A stretch of 64,000 nt of DNA. Source: an uncultured Verrucomicrobiae bacterium. GTDB taxonomy: Bacteria; Verrucomicrobiota; Verrucomicrobiia; Chthoniobacterales; Chthoniobacteraceae. The notes under the pieces are model-generated. The model searched no databases, was not told where the DNA came from, and saw only the letters and a list, made by a program, of their open reading frames with translations. Each line of letters starts with the position of its first letter. The stretch's first letter is position 1. The stretch spans positions 1 through 64,000 of the forward strand of contig CAWHEP010000011.1 in assembly GCA_963828525.1 (NCBI GenBank). The letters are read 5' to 3'. Shown here piece after piece: positions 1 through 8,972 of this stretch. The position numbers were made by a program, and so were the translations under genes.

Positions 1-259
1 TTTCGGCGATGAACTGGTTGAAGTACACCTTGCTAAGCCAGGTGGTGGAGCTGCTGGAGGAGAGATTCCAACCGCCTGTATTTGCGTCTATGCAAACGCC
101 GGGAACCAATATGGTGTTCAAGTGAGTCTTCAGGGCTTTCATCAGTTCGCCATTCGGCCCGTCCATTGCGACATCACGCGTGAGACCCATCACAAACGGG
201 TAGCCCAGTCCTTCGATCGCGGGGATGATACACGAAGAGGTCTTGCCATCAAAAGTCGC
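1..259. repeat. Direct repeat copy A (part of the intact GH52 gene); similarity probably continues beyond the window edge
   Basis: Ungapped match to 2917-3175 with 13 mismatches in 259 nt by manual alignment. Confidence 0.97.
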
Positions 260-2410
260 GGGGAAGGACTGGTGAGCGGGGTCCCAATGCGACAGAAGGC
301 CTTTCACGGTGTAGGCCTCCGCTTTGCCAGCCTCATCGGCTTGGGATGTTTCTCCAAGCTGCTGAAATACGGGCTTCAGCATGGTGTAGCACGCGAAGGA
401 CTTCACCGTGATGTAGAGGCTGTCGATGGGATGCACCAGCGAAGCGTCCATCGCGTCGTAGGTAGTGATCTCGCCTTTCTTTATTCCCAGGTTGGAAACG
501 TAGGTGGTGATCCCGTCACGTTTCGCGGGATCCAGGTCGTCCCGCAATTGCATCGACTTGAACGCCTGGTTGAAAACATCCTTGTTCTTTTCCAGCCACG
601 CGTTGTCGCCTGAAGCTTTCCAGTATAGCGCCGCGCAGATGATCCAATTCTGCAGTTCCTCCTGCGTCATGAGCGTCGAGTAACGCGCGCCTTTTTCATG
701 CGTCGAAAACGCCAGCCTTGAACCCATGTCGTGACAGAACCCAATTCCTCCCGGAAACCGCTGGGTCTGACCCGGCAGCGAGAGTTCATCGACGTAGGAG
801 AACGGCCACGTGAAATGATCCAGTTCGTTGCGAACGGTCCACGGATGCATGGCCAGCTCGTAAAAGACATGGTCAACCGTCAGGTCGAAAGTGTTGATGC
901 AGGAGCACTCGCCCTCAATCACCGTCCACACCGGCTCCATCTTTTCCGTGGCGTGGAATGCAGTGTTGTATTGGTAGGAGTGAAGGGTATCGGCGGCGAG
1001 AAACTTCCTTTCCTCATCCTGTCCGCAGTCCGCCAGCTTTTTGTCCATCTCGGCGCAGCGGGCAATGGCTGTGTCCATGCTGTCCTCCGCCGTTTTAAAG
1101 ATGTCGTTGAGGTCTTTATACAAGACGTCGTACATGAGCTTCAGCGGCTTGTTCTCCAGTTCACTTTCGACGCCAGGTTTGTAATGGGCGATGTAGAAGG
1201 TGACGGTCTTTTCGGCGCCCGCGGGCACATGGATGCGGAAGGCGGAGGTCGCGCCATCCAAACCAAAGTCCTGCTTTACCTGGGCCGCCGTCAGAAGTTC
1301 GGCGTCACCAGTCTTCACCGCGATGGTGCTGTCGTGATCAACCACGTAGCCATCCAGACCGTTCAAACCTTGAGCGCGCTCCGCGGCTTGCTGGAGGCTG
1401 AAGAGGAGTTGCGTCTCCTCTTTGCCGGAACGGTTATCGATCCGATATTGCATCCAGGTTACAGGCAGGACAAAACGCCTCTTTTCGTCAGGGGAGGATT
1501 TATCCCAATCTTTCATGGCCCAGACAGGGGTGTAGTGCGTCCATGTCACGCCCATGGGGATGCTCCATGCGTCCGTGCAGGCCCCGAGTTTTCTCGTGAC
1601 CTCAGTGTCCCGGATCAACGACCCCGCGGGCATTGCTTTCTGATTTGAGGTGAAGGGCATCACGCGCTCTGTCGTTCCGTTTTTAACCGCGATGATGACA
1701 CCCTGATCTGGAACCAGAGTTCCGTCTCCGCCCGGCTGCTTGCAGACCTGGACTCCGCCACTGGCTTCCATGCCGTAGATGAAAGTGGACCAGGCGCCCA
1801 CAGGACTATGATCTACGTCGAAGAAAGGCACACTGCCCACCTCCACGTGGTGGAATGGGCGCGAACGGGAATCAAGCAGTGTGAGGCGCTCGGACTTTTT
1901 CCAATCTTCCGCTGTCCCAAAGGCCAGTTGTTTTCCGCTGGCGTCGCTAATGCGCAGGTAACTGACAAACGCGGATGTCTGCAGCCCGGCGAATTGGATG
2001 GCAAGAGACCCTCCCTGGTGGTTCAGGGTGGTCTTCATCACCCAAGGCTTGAAACGCCCCCCCGCCTTGCTCCACACATCCAGATTGGCATCGAGCGGAC
2101 TCCCGTTGGCGGAAACGGAGAAGGTATGCTCCTGCGGGCCTTTGCTTTGTGTGTCAATGAATCCCAGTTCCACCGTCAGCGACTGCGCGCTCAACTCGCG
2201 AACGAACAGGTCGAAAGTGCTGCCGCTGACCACGCCCGAATACAGTTTAGCCGAGCTGCCACCCGGCAGGTTCGACGCGGCCACCGGTTCGTATTTTGCC
2301 ATTCCTTCCCTGAGGATCCTGGCGGATTGACTGGCTGCGGGAGCCGCAATCGACGCGGTGACGAGGGTCAAAAAGGCGAGGGGAAAGAGGCAGTAAACGA
2401 AGCGTTTCAT
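1..2410 (-). CDS. Secreted GH52 beta-xylosidase with N-terminal malectin-like domain (3' end runs off the window; absent from the ORF track)
   Basis: Manual minus-strand translation from ATG 2410. Signal peptide MKRFVYCLFPLAFLTLVTASIAA, then a malectin-like segment (VELGFID...FSVSANG...NLDVWSKAGGRFKP), then GH52 motifs HSPVGAWSTF, EGECSCINTFDLTVD, EITTYDAMD, IIPAIEGL, WLSKVY. Confidence 0.85.
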   Translation of the reverse strand, partial: MKRFVYCLFPLAFLTLVTASIAAPAASQSARILREGMAKYEPVAASNLPGGSSAKLYSGVVSGSTFDLFVRELSAQSLTVELGFIDTQSKGPQEHTFSVSANGSPLDANLDVWSKAGGRFKPWVMKTTLNHQGGSLAIQFAGLQTSAFVSYLRISDASGKQLAFGTAEDWKKSERLTLLDSRSRPFHHVEVGSVPFFDVDHSPVGAWSTFIYGMEASGGVQVCKQPGGDGTLVPDQGVIIAVKNGTTERVMPFTSNQKAMPAGSLIRDTEVTRKLGACTDAWSIPMGVTWTHYTPVWAMKDWDKSSPDEKRRFVLPVTWMQYRIDNRSGKEETQLLFSLQQAAERAQGLNGLDGYVVDHDSTIAVKTGDAELLTAAQVKQDFGLDGATSAFRIHVPAGAEKTVTFYIAHYKPGVESELENKPLKLMYDVLYKDLNDIFKTAEDSMDTAIARCAEMDKKLADCGQDEERKFLAADTLHSYQYNTAFHATEKMEPVWTVIEGECSCINTFDLTVDHVFYELAMHPWTVRNELDHFTWPFSYVDELSLPGQTQRFPGGIGFCHDMGSRLAFSTHEKGARYSTLMTQEELQNWIICAALYWKASGDNAWLEKNKDVFNQAFKSMQLRDDLDPAKRDGITTYVSNLGIKKGEITTYDAMDASLVHPIDSLYITVKSFACYTMLKPVFQQLGETSQADEAGKAEAYTVKGLLSHWDPAHQSFPATFDGKTSSCIIPAIEGLGYPFVMGLTRDVAMDGPNGELMKALKTHLNTILVPGVCIDANTGGWNLSSSSSTTWLSKVYFNQFIAE

Positions 2411-2592
2411 TGGAGGTTTGGGGCTGAGTATGGGGGTAGAGGCTCTAATCGTTCCTCCGGGGGAGTTTGCCTTATGAAAAGAGCCGCGAACCGTGAACGG
2501 CCCAAAAGGGGCTTTTCAGACATTGCCCAAGGAGGGAATTCCCAAGAAGATCGGATGATGGCGCAGCAAAGGCAACGTTAAAACTCCCTCCA

Positions 2593-2688
2593 ATGAAGCT
2601 CCCACACAAACCTGCTCTGATCGTTCCTTTATTCCTCCTCCTGACGCTGTGTCTCGCCTCGCGGCTGGCTGCGGGGACGCTTCCTTGA
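2593..2688 (+). pseudogene. Detached 5' (signal peptide) fragment of the YetA/PL26-like gene
   Basis: MKLPHKPALIVPLFLLLTLCLASRLAAGTLP-stop, followed in frame by REAHW, the same peptide that begins the homologous part of ORF 3132-5795. Confidence 0.8.
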
Positions 2689-2704
2689 CGTGAGGCGCAT
2701 TGGC
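2685..2704 (+). repeat. 20-bp direct repeat, left copy
   Basis: TTGACGTGAGGCGCATTGGC versus TCGACGCGAGGCGCATTGGC at 3176-3195 (18/20 identical). Confidence 0.92.
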
Positions 2705-2722
2705 GGTCGAAAAAATCGCGGA

Positions 2723-3175
2723 TCAAAGGCTCTGCGGCCACAGCCACCAGAGAGCGCTGGTAACGCCACGCGGGTAATGCCGGCAGCCATAAGCGATGTG
2801 GGAACTGGTGTAGATCTGATCGGTCCAACCGACGGCTGGCGCGCCCAGAACTTCATAAGCATAGTGCGCCGAATCCGCAGTGTGGCCGGTAACGTCGCTC
2901 TTCACGCCCAGAACATTTTCAGCGATGAACTGGTTGAAATACACCTTGCTAAGCCAGGTGGTGGAACTGCTGGAGGAGAGATTCCAACCGCCTGTATTCG
3001 CGTCTATGCAAACGCCGGGAACCAATATGGTTTTCAAGTGCGTTTTTAGGGCTTTCATCAACTCGCCATTCGGCCCGTCCATTGCGAGATCACGCGTGAG
3101 CCCCATCACAAACGGGTAGCCCAGTCCTTCGATGGCGGGGATGATACACGAAGAGGTCTTGCCATCAAAAGTCGC
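2723..3175 (-). pseudogene. 5'-truncated GH52 fragment (C-terminal ~150 codons including the stop)
   Basis: IIPAIEGL...WLSKVYFNQFIA...WTDQI...HYPRGVTSALW matches the GH52 C-terminus; similarity to copy A ends abruptly at 3175. Confidence 0.9.
2917..3175. repeat. Direct repeat copy B of the GH52 sequence
   Basis: About 95% identical to 1-259. Confidence 0.97.
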
Positions 3176-5795
3176 TCGACGCGAGGCGCATTGGCTTGAA
3201 AACCCGGGTGGCGGGTCGCCGGGGACAACGTGGGGAGTGCCATGGCCGCGAGGTGTTGTTTCGGGTAGCGCGTCGTTCACGCTGGTTGGAGCGGACGGCA
3301 GGGTGATCCCGGTTCAGACGTGGCCGCTGGCTTCCTGGCCCGATGGTTCATTGAAGTGGACGGCGCACGCGATTCCGGCGGGGGAGGGCGTTGGCGGACC
3401 GTTGCATCTCGAAGAAGGCGTCCCGGCCAAACCAGAAAAGCCTGTGTCCGTGTCTGAAGAAGCGGGTGTGATCACTGTCGATACCGGGGTTATCCAATGC
3501 CGTATTCCCACGATGGGAAGCGCGTTGATAGAGTCCATCACGCGAGACGGCGAAACGCTTGCGGCGGACGGGGAATTGATATGCCGTTCGCGCAGTTCGC
3601 CCGATCTGGACGCGGAAGGTTCCGTTCAACAAAATAGTTACCGGGGAGAGATTGCCTCGGTTGTAATCGAGCAGAGAGGGCCCGCGCGGGCCGTCATTAA
3701 AATAGAAGGAAAGCATGCCGGGCAGGATGGCAGGAAATGGCTCCCCTTCGCTGTGCGGATGTACTTCTACGCGGGCGGCGATGCCATCAGGATCGCGCAT
3801 ACGATCATCTTCGATGGTGATCCGGAGCGCGATTTTATTAGCGGCTTGGGCATCCGTTTCTCGATGCCTTTGAAGGATGCCTTGTATGATCGGCACGTGC
3901 GATTCGCCACGGATGGAGGGGGAGTGTGGGGGGAGTCTGTCCGCGGCCTTACCGGCTTGCAATCCGATCCCGGCCTCGCCGTCCGGCAGGCACAGATCGC
4001 TGGCCAAAAGACACCGCCGCTGGATTCGTGGACTCCCGGCGTAAAAGCTGGGGTGAACTACATCCCGGCTTTTGGCGATTTTACCCTGGCCCAACTTTCC
4101 TCCGACGCCTTTGAAGCGCGCAAGCGAACGAAGGAGGGATTTACCTGGCTTAACAGCATGACCGGCCGGCGGGCTGACGGCCTGGGCTACCTCGGAGGGC
4201 CGAGTGGTGGGATCGCGTTTGGCATACGCAACTTCTGGCAAAGCTTCCCCAGCCAGTTGGACATCCGCGACGCGGCGACAGACACAGCGCGGGTCACGGC
4301 CTGGCTCTGGTCTCCGGAGGCGCGACCGATGGATATGCGCTTCTACCATGACACGATGGGCATGGATACTTTTGAGAAGCAGAATCAGGGAGCGGCGATG
4401 AACTATGAGGATTACGAACCCGGGTATTCCACGGCCACGGGTGTCGCCCGGACGAGCGAACTGATGTTGTGGGCGCTCCCATCAACACCTTCCCACCAGG
4501 AGATAGCCGGGATGGCGCGGACACTGCGAGCGCCGCCTCAGCTCGTGTGCCGGCCCCAGGATTATAAGGACGCCGGAATTTTCGGAGGCGCGATCTGGAA
4601 TCTGCCTGATCGTTCGACGCCAGCGAAAACGGCGATCGAAGACCAGATGGATTTTTTCGTGAATTTCTATGAGAAGCAGGTGGATCAGCGGCACTGGTAT
4701 GGCTTCTGGTATTACGGGAACGTGATGCATCGATACGATTTCGACCGGCACGTCTGGAGGTATGATGTCGGGGCTTACGCGTGGGATAACTCCGAGCAGT
4801 CAACGGACATCTGGCTCTGGTACAGTTTCCTGCGGACAGGCAAGGTGGACATATTCCGCTTGGCGGAGGCGATGACCCGGCACACGGGCGAAGTTGATGT
4901 TTACCATCTTGGCCGCTTTGCCGGCCTTGGCACGAGACATGGCGTGGTGCCTTGGGGAGACAGTTCAAAGCAACTGCGGGTCAGCACGGCGGAGAACCGC
5001 AGATTCTTCTATTATCTCACCGGGGACGAGCGGGTGGGGGATCTGATGCGAGAGGAGCTGACCGCGGATCGGAAAGCGGGAGAAGTGCCCGTGGAAAGGA
5101 AGGTCTCCCAGAAGCTCGCCGACGCGACTGGCAAACCTTACCCAATGAACTTCCTGGTCGGAATTGAATGGACATCCGTCGCTTCCGCGTGGCTCACCGA
5201 GTGGGAGCGCAGTGGAGACCTGAAGTTCAGGGACAAGCTCATTACGGGAATGAAAAGCATCGCCGCGCTCCCGCATGGCTGGTTTTCCGGGGGCGGTGGC
5301 TACGATCCGGAGACGGGCCGGTTTTTCAAACGGGACGACGAGTTTTACATGTCTCCGCTCAGCGCGGCGTTTGGCGCTTTCGAGGTGAATGCTGAACTGC
5401 TTGAGCTGCTGGATGTCCCGGAGTACGCGAAGACCTGGCTTGATTATTGCCGCTACTATAACGCCAGCGCGGAAGAGCAGCGGGCGGCATTTGGCAAGGA
5501 TTTCGGCAGGCTCTACCTCACGCAGGCTCACTCGCGGCTGACAGCCTATGCCGCGTGGAAGGGCAAGGACGAGAAACTTGCTGAGAGGGCCTGGGCGGAA
5601 TTCTTATCGGGCGCGGGTGGAGGGATAAAGGTGCTGCCCGAGCCGTATGCCGTGAGGCGATACACAGGACCCGAAGTGGCCGAACCGGTTGATGAATTCG
5701 ACACCTCGACGAACATCAGCGCTGGCTTTGGGCTCTCAGGAATCAACTGCCTGAGCCTGATTGGTGACGCGCTGCCCGACAAGGGAGCCCACTAA
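3132..5795 (+). CDS. YetA-like / PL26 exo-rhamnogalacturonan lyase-like protein body, separated from its native signal peptide
   Basis: TWGVPWPRG, WPDGSLKWTAH, WYGFWYYGNVMH, AWDNSE, EVDVYH, GTRHGV motifs; the first 15 codons derive from antisense GH52 sequence. Confidence 0.75.
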   Translation: MAGMIHEEVLPSKVARREAHWLENPGGGSPGTTWGVPWPRGVVSGSASFTLVGADGRVIPVQTWPLASWPDGSLKWTAHAIPAGEGVGGPLHLEEGVPAKPEKPVSVSEEAGVITVDTGVIQCRIPTMGSALIESITRDGETLAADGELICRSRSSPDLDAEGSVQQNSYRGEIASVVIEQRGPARAVIKIEGKHAGQDGRKWLPFAVRMYFYAGGDAIRIAHTIIFDGDPERDFISGLGIRFSMPLKDALYDRHVRFATDGGGVWGESVRGLTGLQSDPGLAVRQAQIAGQKTPPLDSWTPGVKAGVNYIPAFGDFTLAQLSSDAFEARKRTKEGFTWLNSMTGRRADGLGYLGGPSGGIAFGIRNFWQSFPSQLDIRDAATDTARVTAWLWSPEARPMDMRFYHDTMGMDTFEKQNQGAAMNYEDYEPGYSTATGVARTSELMLWALPSTPSHQEIAGMARTLRAPPQLVCRPQDYKDAGIFGGAIWNLPDRSTPAKTAIEDQMDFFVNFYEKQVDQRHWYGFWYYGNVMHRYDFDRHVWRYDVGAYAWDNSEQSTDIWLWYSFLRTGKVDIFRLAEAMTRHTGEVDVYHLGRFAGLGTRHGVVPWGDSSKQLRVSTAENRRFFYYLTGDERVGDLMREELTADRKAGEVPVERKVSQKLADATGKPYPMNFLVGIEWTSVASAWLTEWERSGDLKFRDKLITGMKSIAALPHGWFSGGGGYDPETGRFFKRDDEFYMSPLSAAFGAFEVNAELLELLDVPEYAKTWLDYCRYYNASAEEQRAAFGKDFGRLYLTQAHSRLTAYAAWKGKDEKLAERAWAEFLSGAGGGIKVLPEPYAVRRYTGPEVAEPVDEFDTSTNISAGFGLSGINCLSLIGDALPDKGAH
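3176..3195 (+). repeat. 20-bp direct repeat, right copy
   Basis: Begins exactly where the GH52 similarity ends. Confidence 0.92.
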
Positions 5796-5833
5796 GATGG
5801 AACGGTCCTGGCGGAGCCGTCCCGGTCGGCAGC

Positions 5834-6172
5834 TCATAGTCCCAGGACCTTCGCGAGGGACGGGGGCACGGCGAACCGCCTTTTATCCGGCGGCACGAAG
5901 TCATTGAAAACGTCGGTCAGCCATTCTCTTGAAAAGCGCGCGGAATCCGCGACCATCATTCCTGTGGCAGGTTCCAAGTGGTAGGAGACGTCTCCGTCTA
6001 TTGGCTTATCCTCTCCTTTTAAGGCGATGGAAAACGTGATCTTTTTATTGTCGGTATCAATTTGGAGCGTGTTCATGGTTCCGTACTTTCTGAATTTGCC
6101 GCTGTTTACAAAGAGGCGCGCGCCCTCAGCGAGAGCCGCGTCCTTGCCTCTTCTGAATAATTCGCTGAACAT
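5834..6172 (-). CDS. Hypothetical protein (112 aa)
   Basis: Clean ORF with protein-like composition filling the intergenic gap. Confidence 0.7.
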   Translation of the reverse strand: MFSELFRRGKDAALAEGARLFVNSGKFRKYGTMNTLQIDTDNKKITFSIALKGEDKPIDGDVSYHLEPATGMMVADSARFSREWLTDVFNDFVPPDKRRFAVPPSLAKVLGL

Positions 6173-6307
6173 GTTGAGCTGGGCGGTCGAATGCCCCGTC
6201 CGAGACTGTTATATATTGCGCCGACCAAAACATCCAGCGCCGACAGCGTCACATCGCGCCCGCGCAAGATCCCGTGAGCGTCTGAAATGGCCGCATTGCT
6301 CCGCGCT

Positions 6308-7531
6308 ATGAAAGCGCCCCTTCGTTACGCGCTGGTCGGGGCAACCGGCATTGGGGGATACCACCTGGACGTGATCCGAACTTTGGAGAAGGAAGGACTC
6401 GCGCGATTTGCAGCCGTAGCGGATCCCGCGTTGCGGTCATTGCCAGATCTCCAATCGAGCCTCACCGGCCAGGGGGCAGCCTGTTACCTCGATTACCGCG
6501 AGATGATGCGCGGCGAGCCCGAGATCGACGTATTTGTCATATCCGTCCCGATCCCATTTCACCTTGAGATGACTCTCGCGTGCTTGGAACGCGAAGCCTT
6601 CATCTACCTGGAAAAGCCGCCCGTGCCGCTTATCCAGCAGTTGAATGCGCTGATTGCGAAGCCCGGAAGCGAGCGTGTCGGAGTGGGATTTCAGATGGTC
6701 AACTCCCGGTGGGCGCAGACGATGAAGCGGGCGATCGTCGATGGCAGGCTCGGCCAACTGAGGGAGATCCGGATTGGGGCCTGCTGGCCTCGACTGGATC
6801 CTTATTATGCCCGGAACGCCTCCGCGGGAAAAATGTGGCTCGGCCCGTCCCCGATCTTCGACGGGCCGGCAACCAATGCCCTGGCTCATCTGATTCACAA
6901 CGCGATGTACATGGCGGGCGAACGAATGGAAGACTTCGGAATCCCTTTCGAAATAACCGGTGAACTTTATCGCGCGCGTCCGATCGAGAGCTACGACGTG
7001 GCGTGTCTTCGGGGGCAATTTCACTCCGGGGTTGAGTTCACAGCAGCCGTCACGCATGCCACAGAGCAAATGGCGCCATACACGTTCCATGTTCGCGGCA
7101 GCGAGGGCTGGGCTTGCGTGTCGCAAGATGGGTCGTTGTTTGAAAGCAGCTTCCCGTGCGAAGAAAACGGCCCGGACACGTTCGAGCAGTTGCTGGAGAA
7201 GACTCACAGGCAGTTTGCCGCTTTCGCGACCGGGGAACAGCCGCGCCCTGCAACCTCGCTGCAAGATTGTCGTGGCTACGTGCTTTCCACCAACGGGATG
7301 CTGCTTTCGTCAGGCGGCATTCATGCAATCGGTCTGAGTGATTGTTGCCGGTACGGGAGTGATAGCGAGGGTGGATACAATGTCACCGGTCTCTCGGAAG
7401 CTGTCGCTGCGTCCCGCGAACACGGAAAGCTATTTTCCGAGCTTGGATTGCCCTGGGCTGTTGGGGCCCGGCGCGTTTCGGTGGAGAATCTCTCGTCCGT
7501 CACTCTACCACTTGAAGCCAGCGCGGGGTAG
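6308..7531 (+). CDS. Gfo/Idh/MocA family oxidoreductase
   Basis: ALVGATGIG Rossmann fold, YLEKPP motif; start could be 6287. Confidence 0.85.
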   Translation: MKAPLRYALVGATGIGGYHLDVIRTLEKEGLARFAAVADPALRSLPDLQSSLTGQGAACYLDYREMMRGEPEIDVFVISVPIPFHLEMTLACLEREAFIYLEKPPVPLIQQLNALIAKPGSERVGVGFQMVNSRWAQTMKRAIVDGRLGQLREIRIGACWPRLDPYYARNASAGKMWLGPSPIFDGPATNALAHLIHNAMYMAGERMEDFGIPFEITGELYRARPIESYDVACLRGQFHSGVEFTAAVTHATEQMAPYTFHVRGSEGWACVSQDGSLFESSFPCEENGPDTFEQLLEKTHRQFAAFATGEQPRPATSLQDCRGYVLSTNGMLLSSGGIHAIGLSDCCRYGSDSEGGYNVTGLSEAVAASREHGKLFSELGLPWAVGARRVSVENLSSVTLPLEASAG

Positions 7532-7548
7532 GAGCACGGTTGCGCTGT

Positions 7549-8586
7549 TCACGCCAGATTAGCCCTAAACCATTTTACGGTTTCATCTAATCCTTCCTCA
7601 ATGCCGCAATCGGGATTGTAGCCCAGGCGCGTCCTTGCTTTTTCTATGTCCCCGCAGGAGAAGCGGGAGTCCCCCTCCCTGAAGTCCCGAAATTCAGCGC
7701 GTGACGTTTCGAGATGAGGGTAGTGGGAAAGCAGCCGATCTCTCAACATCGGGAATAACTGGTTCAAGGTCGTCGGCACGCCGGTGGCCACATTATAAAC
7801 GTCGTTCACAGCCGACCGGTCATCCATGAGCGCGGCTCTCAAATTCGCCTGAACGACGTTGGAGATGTAGCAATAGTCGCGACTCGTTTCCCCGTCGCCA
7901 TTGATGCAGACCTGCTCACCGCGCATCATCGCAGCCACCCATTTCGGGATGACGTTCACATAGGCGCCCTGCGTGTTCTGCCGAGGTCCGAATACATTGA
8001 AGTAACGGAGCCCAACGCATTCAAGTCCGTAGCATCTGGAGAAGACGTCCGCGTACAGCTCGTTCACTCTTTTGGTCGCGGCATAGGGTGACAGGCATCG
8101 CCCAAGGGTCTCTTCCGAATTGACCCGTTCTTCGCTGTCACCGTAAACGGAAGCGCTGGACGCGTAAACGAAACGCCGCGCTCCGGCCGCTTTGGCGGCG
8201 CAAAGCACGTTTATAAAGCCGGTGACGTTATTTTCGTGAGAGGCAGCGGGGTCTTCTATGGATCGCGGAACCGACCCTGCAGCGGCCTGGTGGAGAATGA
8301 AGCGCGCCCCATCGCATGCCTTGCCGCACACGACGGGATCGCGGATGTCGCCGCGCTCCATATGAAACCGCGCCCACCTGTCTGAGCCTACGGAAGCGCG
8401 AATCTCGTCAAGATTGCTCTGGCGCCCGTTGGAGAAGTTATCGAGGCCGGTGACCTGCTGATCCAGATAAAGGAGCGCCTCCACAAGATGCGAGCCGATG
8501 AACCCCGCAGCGCCTGTGACAAGCCAGCGGTGACGGCCTATTCCGTTCTTCGCCAGTTCTTCAATCCACAGCATGCGTGGATTCAT
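7549..8586 (-). CDS. NAD-dependent epimerase (WbpP/TviC-like UDP-GlcNAc(A) 4-epimerase)
   Basis: WLVTGAAGFIGS, HQAAAGSVPRS, YAATK, LRYFNVFGPRQ. Confidence 0.9.
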   Translation of the reverse strand: MNPRMLWIEELAKNGIGRHRWLVTGAAGFIGSHLVEALLYLDQQVTGLDNFSNGRQSNLDEIRASVGSDRWARFHMERGDIRDPVVCGKACDGARFILHQAAAGSVPRSIEDPAASHENNVTGFINVLCAAKAAGARRFVYASSASVYGDSEERVNSEETLGRCLSPYAATKRVNELYADVFSRCYGLECVGLRYFNVFGPRQNTQGAYVNVIPKWVAAMMRGEQVCINGDGETSRDYCYISNVVQANLRAALMDDRSAVNDVYNVATGVPTTLNQLFPMLRDRLLSHYPHLETSRAEFRDFREGDSRFSCGDIEKARTRLGYNPDCGIEEGLDETVKWFRANLA

Positions 8587-8726
8587 TCACAACTTGCGCA
8601 GGAGAGTCGAGCACGCATCTTTGTCGCGTCTGCTGCTTCCCGCCGCCAGAACTCTTTTCGTGCTTTGAGATTGGCAAAATTACGCGAAATAGCGTATTCT
8701 TTTTGCATTCGTGAAACGCATTTTCC

Positions 8727-8966
8727 GTGAGGAAACATGAAAAAACGAGGGAGCGGTCGAAAGTGGCACCTCCGATGCTAATATTTCCTCGCGCGATGCT
8801 GGAGTACCTCGGATTTTCTCCCAAAATCAAAGGGAGTCATCATATCTTCCGTAAACAGGGCATACCAGAAATCCTCAATTTACAGCCCGATTCAGGGCGC
8901 AAAGCCAAACGTTACCAAGTGAAACAGGTCAGAGAAATCCTACTCCGGGAGAAAGCCAGGGAATAG
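8727..8966 (+). CDS. hicA: HicA family toxin with a probably degenerate N-terminus
   Basis: LGF...IKGSHHIF...EILNLQP...AKRYQVKQVR; the family N-terminal motif SGTSDANIS lies in another frame at 8756-8788. Confidence 0.8.
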   Translation: MRKHEKTRERSKVAPPMLIFPRAMLEYLGFSPKIKGSHHIFRKQGIPEILNLQPDSGRKAKRYQVKQVREILLREKARE

Positions 8967-8972
8967 CCAAGT

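Noticed and set aside
122..2581. Long plus-strand ORFs 122-613, 731-1648 and 1808-2581
   Set aside because: Antisense shadows of the minus-strand GH52 gene; no recognisable motifs
1..3195. Diversity-generating retroelement (TR/VR pair) as the explanation for the near-identical repeats
   Set aside because: Differences are not adenine-specific but mostly synonymous, and no reverse transcriptase is in the window
3176..3280. N-terminal part of ORF 2723-3280 as a genuine GH52 start
   Set aside because: It is antisense to the YetA-like gene; GH52 similarity only begins at the 3175 junction
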